Part shown: in pieces, positions 52,671-62,021 of the stretch | Position numbering within the stretch: position 1 is the first letter of the stretch | Layout: each line of letters starts with the position of its first letter | Source of the DNA: an uncultured SAR86 cluster bacterium | GTDB taxonomy: Bacteria; Pseudomonadota; Gammaproteobacteria; Magnimaribacterales; D2472 | Assembly (NCBI GenBank): GCA_964275585.1 | Contig: CAXYCJ010000006.1 | Span: forward strand, 83,387-147,386 | DNA length: 64,000 bases | Direction: 5' to 3' | Notes under the pieces: model-generated | Seen by the model: only the letters and a program-made list of their open reading frames with translations | Told to the model about the DNA's origin: nothing | Databases searched by the model: none | Program-made: the position numbers and the translations under genes

Positions 52671-55130
52671 ATGTCTGTTTCTAACACATTTATTCGTTTT
52701 GCATTAGCGATTCCATTTTTCTTTATTTCATTAGCTTTACTTGCTGAGCCAACCCTTGAAGAAGTTGTTGTTTCAGCTAGGAAGGTAGATGAAAGTGTCC
52801 AGGATGTTCCAATTGCTATGAGTGTTTTCACTTCCAGTGATATAGAAGATGCTGGCATAGAGAGGCCTGAAGATTTTATAGCCTTGACACCGAATGTTGT
52901 CATGGCAAATACAGTTAATGTTGGAGATACCTTGGTAACAATTCGGGGCTTGACTTCAACTAGAGACGCAGAATCTAATTTTGCTTTCGTGGTAGATGGA
53001 GTCTTGCAAACCAACCCTAATGCATTCAACAGAGAGCTTTTGGATATAGCTCAAATTGAAGTTCTTAAAGGCCCCCAAGGAGCTCTTTATGGAAGAAATG
53101 CTACATCTGGAGCTATTTTGATAACAACCAAAGCTCCTTCCGAAGAATCCGAAAGTACAGCAGTCCTTGGAATGGGTATTAATAATTCCTCCAAGTTGCA
53201 ATATGTAAATTCTGGAAAAATAGGTGATAACGTATACACAAGATTTTCAGTGAGCACACGCGAAACTGATGGAGAGCACACAAACGTCTATTCAAATCTT
53301 AAAAATGTAGATTTCTTTGAAGACACAACTTTAAGAGGAAGGGTGTTAGTAGAGGAAGACGATAGTTCTTGGGATTTTAGGTTTGGAATGAGTGAGGCAA
53401 GTGGGGGAACCATTAATTTTAATGCTGTTTTTGCACTACCGGCATTCCAAGGGTTTGGAACCCCAGGGGCAACTCAGTTCTTTAAAGATGTTAATGAACA
53501 TCAATTTACATATATGTTCAATGTCCCTCCGGTCAATGAACAAGAAACATCAGACCTTTCTGTTAAATATACAGAAGACCTTGTGAACGGAAGAGAGTTT
53601 TCTGCGATATTTGCTTACAACCACCTTGAAGAGTTTTTACTTTCTGATGGTACCTCAGGTGCTTTCGGTGGTTACTTTGGAGTTCCTGCTTGCGCCGCTT
53701 CAAATACAGCAGCTAATTTAGCTTTGATTAATTCTTTACCTCCCGGTTTTTCATTTGCTGCTCCCGGAACAGCTCCTTCTGGAGCTAACTCTGTTTTAGG
53801 ACCATACTTGCCTCATACATGCGATGGGTATCAATTCCAATCACGTGATCAGGACGATATTTCTATCGAAGTAAAATTAACTAGCAATCAAAATGAATCA
53901 ACTCGATGGTTAGTTGGCGGATACTATGCTGAAATTGAAAGAGATGTTGCAGTTTCATACGGAGCTGATTTAGGCAAAGGTTTTGAATACAAGTCTTATG
54001 TTCCTTCAACGGGAAAAAATCCTACAGATTTAGCATTTGACGATACCTTCACTACAGACGTTTTCTCAATTTTTGGGCAATATTCCATAGACTTATCTGA
54101 GGTTACAGAGCTTTCGTTTGAAGGTAGGTATGACAAGGAAAAACGTTCTGTTGATAACAATGTTCCTGCTAGATCTTCGGCCCTATACTATGGTGGCGGC
54201 GCTCCAATTAATCCTGCTATGACAGCAGGTGGAAGTAAAATTCCCTCGCGAGAAAAATCATATGATCAGTTTCAACCTAAAATTTCTTTAACAACCAGCG
54301 CTGAAAATACAACAGTTTATGCTTCTTATGGAGTTGGCTTTAGATCAGGAGGATTTAATTCATCTGGAAGTGCTGCTTTAATAAATTCTCAGCTAAATAT
54401 TCCCGTTGGAGCTGGGTTAGGTGTTTCGGATTCATTTAATAAAGAAGTCTCTAAATCATTTGAAGTTGGGTTTAAGGGTAGATATTTAGACGGAAGATTG
54501 GAAATCAATGGCGCTCTTTTTGAAACTGAAGTTGATGATAATCAATTTTTTGAATTTTTTGCTGGACCTTGGGGCTTACTGAGAGTCGTAACTTCTATTG
54601 ACCAACTTGATCTTAGTGGCTCAGAGTTAGACTTTAAATATGCGCTTACTGATAATATCAAATTAGATGGCGGTGTTGGTTTTACAGATGGTGAAATTAA
54701 GAAGAATGCTCATCGACCTAACACTGTCGGCAATAATGCACCCTTAGCTCCTGAGCATACCTACAATCTTGGTATGCAATACGAAACATCTTTCTCAGCA
54801 AATTATGATCTCATAGTTAGGGTAGATTACATGGAAGTTGGTGAAACTTGGTTCCATACCGTGCAAAATAATCAGCAACCTTCGGTCTGGGGAGCTTTAC
54901 TTGGATTTCCAGTTGCATCTGATATGAGCAAAGCAGTTCGTGATCCTTATACTTTAGTTGACCTAAGAGCATCTATTATTGGAGAAAAATTAAGCCTTAC
55001 TCTATGGGGTAGAAATATTACTGACGAAGAGTATCTTGCAGAGATTATTCCAGCTCCAGAATTTGGTGGATCTTTTATTCATCAGGCACCTTATGCTACT
55101 TATGGGTTAGACTTAAAATATAATTTTTAA
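52671..55130 (+). CDS. TonB-dependent outer-membrane receptor
   Basis: 819 aa. Signal peptide, plug LEEVVVSARKVDESVQDVPIAMSVF, C-terminal ..YGLDLKYNF. Confidence 0.9.
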   Translation: MSVSNTFIRFALAIPFFFISLALLAEPTLEEVVVSARKVDESVQDVPIAMSVFTSSDIEDAGIERPEDFIALTPNVVMANTVNVGDTLVTIRGLTSTRDAESNFAFVVDGVLQTNPNAFNRELLDIAQIEVLKGPQGALYGRNATSGAILITTKAPSEESESTAVLGMGINNSSKLQYVNSGKIGDNVYTRFSVSTRETDGEHTNVYSNLKNVDFFEDTTLRGRVLVEEDDSSWDFRFGMSEASGGTINFNAVFALPAFQGFGTPGATQFFKDVNEHQFTYMFNVPPVNEQETSDLSVKYTEDLVNGREFSAIFAYNHLEEFLLSDGTSGAFGGYFGVPACAASNTAANLALINSLPPGFSFAAPGTAPSGANSVLGPYLPHTCDGYQFQSRDQDDISIEVKLTSNQNESTRWLVGGYYAEIERDVAVSYGADLGKGFEYKSYVPSTGKNPTDLAFDDTFTTDVFSIFGQYSIDLSEVTELSFEGRYDKEKRSVDNNVPARSSALYYGGGAPINPAMTAGGSKIPSREKSYDQFQPKISLTTSAENTTVYASYGVGFRSGGFNSSGSAALINSQLNIPVGAGLGVSDSFNKEVSKSFEVGFKGRYLDGRLEINGALFETEVDDNQFFEFFAGPWGLLRVVTSIDQLDLSGSELDFKYALTDNIKLDGGVGFTDGEIKKNAHRPNTVGNNAPLAPEHTYNLGMQYETSFSANYDLIVRVDYMEVGETWFHTVQNNQQPSVWGALLGFPVASDMSKAVRDPYTLVDLRASIIGEKLSLTLWGRNITDEEYLAEIIPAPEFGGSFIHQAPYATYGLDLKYNF

Positions 55131-55147
55131 CTAGGAATTAAATTTTT

Positions 55148-57208
55148 ATGTCGTATCGATTAGGCGTTGATGTTGGTGGAACCTTTACTGATTTTTTATT
55201 AATTAATGAATCTGATGGTTCCACGCATACTGCCAAGGTTCCTTCCACCCCCGAAGATTCATCGATAGGCGTCCTAAATGGTGTTTCAAGAATTTGCGAT
55301 CAATCAGGTGTAGATCCTAAAGATATCAAGCTAGTCATGCATGGAACTACAGTTGCAACTAATGCAGTTCTAACTGGTAATGGAGCAAAAGTAGGCCTAT
55401 TAACTACCGCAGGATACGAAAGTGTGCTCCAAGTTGCTCGTTCATTCTGTCCTGGTGGGCTTGGTGGCTGGGTTAGCTTTGTAAAGGGTCCTTTGCTAGC
55501 ACCTTTAGAGCTTACTTATGGGATAAAAGAAAGAACTGATGCATCGGGCGAAATTTCAATACCTTTAGATGAGCAGCACCTCAGAGAGCAATTAACCAAA
55601 TTAAAAACATTGGATCAAGTCGAAGCCTTAACAATTAGCTTTGTCAATTCATATATCAATAATAAGAATGAAGTTCTTGCTGCAAAAATTGCAAGTGAAA
55701 TTTTTACAGATGTACCTATTTCCATATCTAGTGAAGTTATTCCTGAGATGCAAGAATATGAAAGAGCTGAAACAACTGTCCTGAATTCTTATGTCCGTCC
55801 ACAAGTATCAAACTACGTTAACAACTTACAATCAAATCTAGAACAATCACTGGGAAGAGATGTTCAGTTATCTATTTTGAGATCTGATGGAGGGCTTGCG
55901 TCAAGTAGAGCTACTGGAGAGTCTCCAGTAAATCATTTGATGTCTGGTCCAGCTGGAGGAGTTGCAGGGGCAGTGCATTTCTGCAATCAAGCAGGCTATG
56001 AAAATATTTTAACCTTTGATATGGGTGGAACATCTACTGATGTAGCTTTGATACAGAATTCTAAAGCAAAGGTTAGAAGAGAGACTTTAGTTGGAGATGT
56101 GAGAGTCAAAGCTCCATCCGTTGACGTTAGAACTGTTGGTGCTGGTGGTGGCTCAATTGCTTTTGTACCCGAACTCACTAAAGCACTTCGTGTTGGACCA
56201 GAATCTGCTGGAGCAGTCCCTGGACCAGCAGCGTATATGAAAGGTGGAGATTTGCCTACAGTTTGTGATGCTAATATTGTTTTGGGTGTCCTTCCAAGCG
56301 ATGTTCAGCTTGGCGGTGATATGGTCATTGATAAAGAAGCGGCTGAAAAAGCAGTTCAAATAATTGCTGATGGAATTGGTATTGATCTTATGGAGGCAGC
56401 AGAAGGAATTGTCAGAATTGTAAATGAATCTATGTTTGGAGCCTTGAGATTAGTTTCAGTTGAACAAGGCTTTGACCCGAGAGATTTTGCTTTAGTTGGG
56501 TTCGGAGGCGCTGGACCCCTTCATGCAAATGCCCTTGGAATTCTCTCAAATTCTTTTCCTGTAATCATTCCGCCTGGTCCAGGAGTTTTATGTGCTTATG
56601 GTGATGCAACAACTCAAATTCAAGACGAAGCATCAAGGTCATATTTGGCTATGGCTCAGGACATCACTACAGACAAATTTTTATCAGATTTAAATGATCT
56701 TAAGATTAAAGCATCACAATCTTTATTAAAAGATGGTGTTAGTGATTCTAACCTTGAGGTAACTTATCAAGCAGATGTTAGGTATGCAGGCCAAGCATTT
56801 CAAATTACTGTTGAGTTTGATGAGAGGGAATACAAGTCGAAGGGAATTCAATTAATTACAGAAGCATTTGATGATGAGCATTATCAACTATTCACCTTTA
56901 AATTAAGTGATGGCCATGAAATCTTAATGATTAGAGCTATTGCAAAAGTTGCTCAGTCCGAAATTAAAGCACCTTCAATGACAGGCTCTTCTGGGTCCTT
57001 GCAAGATGCTGTTATTCAAGACTCACGCTTTTATAATGAAGCCAAATGGCATGATGCTAAAATTTATGATCGTAATAAGTTACATTCAGAATTAGTTATT
57101 CCAGGTCCTGCAATTGTTTCTGAGATGGACTCAACAACGGTGATACTTCCCAATCATGAAGCGGCGGTTGATCAAGTCGGTAACTTAATTATCAATCCTA
57201 TAACATAG
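55148..57208 (+). CDS. hyuA: Hydantoinase/oxoprolinase family, A subunit
   Basis: MSYRLGVDVGGTFTDFLL N-terminus, DMGGTSTDV, ~690 aa. Confidence 0.85.
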   Translation: MSYRLGVDVGGTFTDFLLINESDGSTHTAKVPSTPEDSSIGVLNGVSRICDQSGVDPKDIKLVMHGTTVATNAVLTGNGAKVGLLTTAGYESVLQVARSFCPGGLGGWVSFVKGPLLAPLELTYGIKERTDASGEISIPLDEQHLREQLTKLKTLDQVEALTISFVNSYINNKNEVLAAKIASEIFTDVPISISSEVIPEMQEYERAETTVLNSYVRPQVSNYVNNLQSNLEQSLGRDVQLSILRSDGGLASSRATGESPVNHLMSGPAGGVAGAVHFCNQAGYENILTFDMGGTSTDVALIQNSKAKVRRETLVGDVRVKAPSVDVRTVGAGGGSIAFVPELTKALRVGPESAGAVPGPAAYMKGGDLPTVCDANIVLGVLPSDVQLGGDMVIDKEAAEKAVQIIADGIGIDLMEAAEGIVRIVNESMFGALRLVSVEQGFDPRDFALVGFGGAGPLHANALGILSNSFPVIIPPGPGVLCAYGDATTQIQDEASRSYLAMAQDITTDKFLSDLNDLKIKASQSLLKDGVSDSNLEVTYQADVRYAGQAFQITVEFDEREYKSKGIQLITEAFDDEHYQLFTFKLSDGHEILMIRAIAKVAQSEIKAPSMTGSSGSLQDAVIQDSRFYNEAKWHDAKIYDRNKLHSELVIPGPAIVSEMDSTTVILPNHEAAVDQVGNLIINPIT

Positions 57209-57210
57209 AT

Positions 57211-59076
57211 ATGTCAGCAAAAATAATTGAAACTAATAACTCTCCTTTAAAGACAATAGATGTTGATGGCATCACTGTTGATTTAATTGAAAATGCCTTA
57301 AAGAATGCTAGAGAAGAGATGGATGCTTTAGTTAGTAGAACTGCTCTATCACCCGGAATTAGAGAACAGGGAGATTGCTTTCCAATGATAGCAAATCGCG
57401 AAGGAAAAATGGTTGTTGGTCAATTTGGTTCATTTATTCATGGTTTTACAGAAGCTTATGATGAAGAGATAGAAGAAGGCGATATCATCCTTACCAATGA
57501 TCCTTACATGTGCAATGCAGCAGTTTCACATTTACCAGATTGGATGGTTTTAAAACCTGTATTCAGAGATGGAAGGCACATAGCATGGTCTGCAATGTTT
57601 GGGCATATGTCTGATAATGGAGGGATGGTTCCAGGCTCTATACCAACCGAAGCGACAACCATCTTTCAAGAAGGGATTAGAATTCCTCCAATAAAACTTT
57701 ATAAAAAAGGAGAACTTCAGTCAGATGTATTGGAGCTTATTCTTCATAATGTCAGAACATCTCAATGGAATCGTTTTGATTTAAATGCACTTGTTGCTGC
57801 ATGCAATACTGCCGCGAAAAGATGTAATGAGATTGCAGATCGATTTGGGGATGATATTTTCTGCTCAACAATGAAAATTATGCTGCAAAGGAACTATGAT
57901 GCTATGAAGCATATTATTTCTATGTTTATTCCTGAAGAACCAAGAGAGTTCTCTGATTATATTTGTGATGATGGTATGGGCATGGGTCCTTATAAAATTC
58001 ATTGCAAGATGTGGCGGGAAGGAGATAAAGCTATTTTTGATTTCGTAGGCACAGATCCACAAGCTCAAAGTTCAGTTAATTTTTATCTTAACGAGGATAT
58101 GTTCAAAATGTTTTTTGGATCTTTCACCATTAACGTTGTTGATCCTCAAATTGTATTTAATGATGGGTTCTACGACTTGGTTGATGTCAGAATTCCACAA
58201 GGAACCCTCTTAAAACCTAATTATCCTGCCGCACTATCTGGAAGGACTCATGCACTGGGAAGAATTTTTGATGTTTTGGGAGCTCTATTAGGTATGGGTG
58301 CCCCTAACGAAATGTTGAATGCAGCAGGTTTTTCAGATTCACCCCATTTATTTTTCTCAGGTTACGATGATAAGGGAGAGTGGTTTCAGTTGTTCCAGAT
58401 AGGGTTTGGTGGAGTTCCAGGAAGGCCAATCGGTGATGGTCCTGATGGGCATTCCTTATGGCCATCATTCACAAATGTACCAAATGAATTTGTTGAGGCA
58501 TATTTTCCCCTAAGAGTAGAAACATATGAATTCATTGTTGACTCAGGTGGAGCTGGACTTCACAGAGGAGGCAACGGATTGTCAGTAGCATATAGATTTT
58601 TAGTAGACGGTCATATTGGCATTCATGATGATCGTTGGCTCACATATCCATGGGGAGTTAATGGAGGCAAGCCTGGCAAGAGATCAACTAAATTGCTTGT
58701 AAGAGCAGATGGATCCAAAGAGTACATTCCAGCAAAATGTGAGGGAGTAAAGGTTGAGAAAGGCGATCTTCTTTATTTTAATACTTGGGGCGGAGGAGGC
58801 TGGGGCGACCCCCTTCAACGTGATGCGGCTGTAGTCGCATCAGATGTCTCAAAAAAACTTGTTTCTATTGAGGGCGCCCTTAGATACGGCGTTGTAATTA
58901 ATGATGATCTCACAGTAAATGATAAAGAAACGGAATTATTAAGATCAGAGATGTCTAAGGATACTGTTCAAGATGAGATGTTTAATTTTGGCGGAACTAT
59001 AGAAGAAATCAAAGCCCGGTGTCTAGAAGAAACTCATCTAGAGCCACCTGTCTCTCCAACATTTCTGAATCAATAG
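57211..59076 (+). CDS. hyuB: Hydantoinase/oxoprolinase family, B subunit
   Basis: 621 aa. Blocks LTNDPYMCNAAVSHLPDW and SGGAGLHRGGNG are typical of HyuB. Starts 2 nt after hyuA. Confidence 0.85.
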   Translation: MSAKIIETNNSPLKTIDVDGITVDLIENALKNAREEMDALVSRTALSPGIREQGDCFPMIANREGKMVVGQFGSFIHGFTEAYDEEIEEGDIILTNDPYMCNAAVSHLPDWMVLKPVFRDGRHIAWSAMFGHMSDNGGMVPGSIPTEATTIFQEGIRIPPIKLYKKGELQSDVLELILHNVRTSQWNRFDLNALVAACNTAAKRCNEIADRFGDDIFCSTMKIMLQRNYDAMKHIISMFIPEEPREFSDYICDDGMGMGPYKIHCKMWREGDKAIFDFVGTDPQAQSSVNFYLNEDMFKMFFGSFTINVVDPQIVFNDGFYDLVDVRIPQGTLLKPNYPAALSGRTHALGRIFDVLGALLGMGAPNEMLNAAGFSDSPHLFFSGYDDKGEWFQLFQIGFGGVPGRPIGDGPDGHSLWPSFTNVPNEFVEAYFPLRVETYEFIVDSGGAGLHRGGNGLSVAYRFLVDGHIGIHDDRWLTYPWGVNGGKPGKRSTKLLVRADGSKEYIPAKCEGVKVEKGDLLYFNTWGGGGWGDPLQRDAAVVASDVSKKLVSIEGALRYGVVINDDLTVNDKETELLRSEMSKDTVQDEMFNFGGTIEEIKARCLEETHLEPPVSPTFLNQ

Positions 59077-59079
59077 CAC

Positions 59080-59670
59080 TTGAGTAAGCTCGAATCACAT
59101 CCTACTGGAATTGGCAGCTCTCCCGCTTTAGTGGTTGTTGATATGTGTCGAGGCTTTATTGATCCCACATCACCTCTTGGCTTTGAATGCGATGAATTAA
59201 TTGAAGCGAATATTAGATTGGTTAGTGAATTTCGAGAAAAGAATTTGCCTGTCATTTTTACTACCACTATCTATAGAGATCAATCTGAAGCAAGTGTTTT
59301 TAGATTAAAAATTCCTGCTTTAAATATTTTAAAACCCGGGTCTGAGGAAACATCATTTCTAGAAGAGCTGTCACCCAGTTCAAGTGATACGCTGATTGAA
59401 AAGAAATTTGCGAGTGCTTTTTTTGAGACTAATTTAGCCATTGAACTCCATCAAATGCATGTAGACTCAGTGGTTGTTTCTGGTGTTACAACAAGTGGCT
59501 GTGTTCGAGCCACAGCATTAGACTCTTTACAAAATAATTTTCTTACAATAATTGCAGAGGACTGCGTGGGCGACAGGGATTTGAATGCCCATCAAGCTAA
59601 TTTATTCGATCTACAAGCCAAGTATGCTGATGTAATTCTTTCTGAAGCAATTTGGAGAGAAAAAACTTAA
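59080..59670 (+). CDS. Isochorismatase-fold cysteine hydrolase (N-carbamoylsarcosine-amidase-like)
   Basis: ALVVVDMCRGF (Asp), EKKFASAFF (Lys), GVTTSGCVRAT (Cys) triad. TTG start 3 nt after the hyuB stop. Confidence 0.7.
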   Translation: MSKLESHPTGIGSSPALVVVDMCRGFIDPTSPLGFECDELIEANIRLVSEFREKNLPVIFTTTIYRDQSEASVFRLKIPALNILKPGSEETSFLEELSPSSSDTLIEKKFASAFFETNLAIELHQMHVDSVVVSGVTTSGCVRATALDSLQNNFLTIIAEDCVGDRDLNAHQANLFDLQAKYADVILSEAIWREKT

Positions 59671-59689
59671 ACTTTTTTGCAAAAAGGTG

Positions 59690-59717
59690 TTGACACTTTT
59701 AATCAGAAGCGTATATT
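59690..59717 (+). promoter_or_regulatory. Sigma70-type promoter of module copy 2
   Basis: -35 TTGACA (59690-59695), 16-nt spacer, -10 TATATT (59712-59717). Confidence 0.65.
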
Positions 59718-59722
59718 TAATA

Positions 59723-59941
59723 GACCAACTCGGACCGACTTACAAACAACTGCAGACGGGAGTAAGAGAGAAAGAGAAGGAAGAGACGAAGGGCGAAAGC
59801 GATACTAAGAGTCGACAATAAAAAAGAGCTTAGTACCCCACCAAGAAGGCAAGAGAAAACCTTCAAGGAGCTAAAGAAAATCTCACTTTAGACCCCTTCC
59901 AATCTCGAACTTAAAGAAACAGAGCTAGCTCTGTTTTTTTT
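59723..59941 (+). ncRNA. Predicted ~220-nt purine-rich RNA (unknown family), copy 2
   Basis: Terminator ACAGAG-CTAG-CTCTGT + T8. The stem is identical to copy 1 and the only change is in the loop. Confidence 0.55.
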
Positions 59942-59979
59942 CGCCTTAAATAAATTCATTTCATGTATGATTCGCGATT

Positions 59980-61392
59980 ATGACCCCTATTAAGACAAAA
60001 ATTATTGCAACCACTGGACCGAGCACGAACTCTTATCCAATGCTTAAAAAAATGCATGCTAACGGTATGGATGTTGTTCGATTAAATATGTCTCATGCGA
60101 CTCACAAAGAAGCTGCATTAATTATCGATCATGTTAATCAGTTAAATAAATTGCAATCAAATAGGTTTGGCCCACTTGGAATTTTACTTGATACCCAAGG
60201 TCCAGAGATTAGAACAGGAATTAGTAATCAGGATATAGATCTTAAGGTTGGCGATATTGTGAATCTAACCATAAGAGATGATGTGGATGTGGAAACATCA
60301 TCTATTAAAATTAACTACAAAGGTTTAATCAAAAGTGTTTCTAAGGGCTCAAAAATTACCATTGATAATGGTTTGATGAATTTTAAAGTACTGGCAAAAG
60401 ATAAAGAAAACCTGAGATGTAGAGTTTTAGATGGAGGCACCCTTGGAAGTAAGCGACATGTAAACCTTCCCGGTGTTAGAGTTGATCTCCCATCAATAAC
60501 AAAAAAAGATAAAAAAGATATTGCATTTGCTATTAAAAATAATGTTCCTTTTATCGCCTTATCTTTTGTGAGGAGTCCAAGTGATGTAATGGAACTCCGC
60601 GCTATTTTAAAGCGAAACAAATCATCTGCAAAAATCATTGCAAAAATTGAAAATCAGGAAGGGCTTGATAATATTCACGACATAACAAAAGCAGCAGATA
60701 TTATTATGGTTGCCAGAGGTGACCTTGGGATAGAGACAAATTTAGCTGATTTACCAAACATTCAGAGAAGAATAATGTACTCTACAGCCAAATGGGGAAA
60801 GCGCTCTATTGTTGCAACACATCTACTTGAGTCAATGATCGCTCATCCAGCCCCAACGAGAGCTGAAGTTACCGATGTAGCAAATGCAATATATGAGGGC
60901 GCCGATGCAGTTATGCTCTCAGGGGAGACTAGCGTAGGACAATATCCCCTTAAATGTTTGCAAATGCTTAAAAATATTGCAAGTAAAACAGAGCAATATA
61001 GAACTTTGGGTTATGAAGAGCATTTAACAGTTGATTCAGATTGGCAGAATATCGCTCTTGGAGCTAGAGATCTAGCTGAGCGTATTAAAGCAGATGGTAT
61101 CTTGGTTATTACAAGATCTGGTCAAACAGCCAACGTCATATCTAACACGAAGCCATTTAGAATGCCTATATATGCATTCACAAATAATCAAGAAACATAT
61201 CATCACCTGAGCTTAATAGGAGGCATTCAAGCTAAATTTATTAAATCCATTAGAAACCAAGCACAAACTATTTTAAAAATTAAAGCAGAATTACATAAAA
61301 CCATTAAACCTAGAAAAAACTTAAAATTTGTTTTGATTTCAGGTCTTTATTCAGAATCTCATACAGATTCCATTCAAGTTATTAAAATATAA
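59980..61392 (+). CDS. pyk: Pyruvate kinase
   Basis: TKIIATTGPS, RLNMSHATH, MVARGDLGIE, and a C-terminal regulatory domain. 470 aa. Confidence 0.92.
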   Translation: MTPIKTKIIATTGPSTNSYPMLKKMHANGMDVVRLNMSHATHKEAALIIDHVNQLNKLQSNRFGPLGILLDTQGPEIRTGISNQDIDLKVGDIVNLTIRDDVDVETSSIKINYKGLIKSVSKGSKITIDNGLMNFKVLAKDKENLRCRVLDGGTLGSKRHVNLPGVRVDLPSITKKDKKDIAFAIKNNVPFIALSFVRSPSDVMELRAILKRNKSSAKIIAKIENQEGLDNIHDITKAADIIMVARGDLGIETNLADLPNIQRRIMYSTAKWGKRSIVATHLLESMIAHPAPTRAEVTDVANAIYEGADAVMLSGETSVGQYPLKCLQMLKNIASKTEQYRTLGYEEHLTVDSDWQNIALGARDLAERIKADGILVITRSGQTANVISNTKPFRMPIYAFTNNQETYHHLSLIGGIQAKFIKSIRNQAQTILKIKAELHKTIKPRKNLKFVLISGLYSESHTDSIQVIKI

Positions 61393-61394
61393 GC

Positions 61395-62021
61395 ATGTTC
61401 GATCAAGTTATAGAAAGCATTATCTTGTTATTTGTTGCTGTAGACCCCATTGCTTTGATTCCAATTTTTGCAAGCTTAACTCAAGGCATGAGCAAGCAAG
61501 ATATGAGGAAAGTATACGTTCATGCTAGCTTAGTTTCCTTTTGTATCTTGTCAGCGTTTTGGTTATTTGGAGCATCAGTGCTTAGCGTTATGGGCATTTC
61601 AATGAGTTCTTTTAAAATTATTGGAGGGTTATTTTTAATTGCAATTGCTTTCCAAATGGTTTTAGAGCAAAGGCAGGAAAGAAGACAAAATACGGCTGAC
61701 ATTGCCTTAGATGATGAGTCTCTTCAATCTTTAGCTATTTTTCCGATTGCTACCCCATTGATAGCTGGACCAGGCGCCATGACAGCTGCGTTATTGCTAG
61801 CAGAAGAAAGGTCTAATGTACCTTTAGAAATATTAATTAACTTTATTCCGATTATGGCTATTGTTTTGATGGCAGCCATAGCCATGTGGCTATCAGCAAA
61901 TCTTGCCAACAAGGTAAGCCCAACAATTATTATTGTGATTCAAAAAATATTTGGCATTCTCTTAGGAGCCCTTGCAATTGAGTTTGTGGTCACAGGTATT
62001 ATCGAGTCTTTTAATCTATAG
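61395..62021 (+). CDS. MarC/UPF0056 family integral membrane protein
   Basis: 208 aa with about 6 transmembrane helices. N-terminal LLFVAVDPIALIPIFASLT is typical of the family. Confidence 0.75.
   Translation: MFDQVIESIILLFVAVDPIALIPIFASLTQGMSKQDMRKVYVHASLVSFCILSAFWLFGASVLSVMGISMSSFKIIGGLFLIAIAFQMVLEQRQERRQNTADIALDDESLQSLAIFPIATPLIAGPGAMTAALLLAEERSNVPLEILINFIPIMAIVLMAAIAMWLSANLANKVSPTIIIVIQKIFGILLGALAIEFVVTGIIESFNL

Larger units (their letters stand above)
59658..59953 (+). repeat. Copy 2 of the ~295-bp duplicated noncoding module
   Basis: Its 5' end overlaps the last codons and stop of the isochorismatase-fold gene. See copy 1. Confidence 0.95.

Noticed and set aside
52643-53029. 128-aa minus-strand ORF spanning the start of the third TonB-dependent receptor gene.
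   Set aside because: It is antisense to the conserved signal-peptide and plug region of the receptor. Its Ser/Thr/Val-rich translation is typical of the reverse frame of a beta-barrel gene, and it has no start context.
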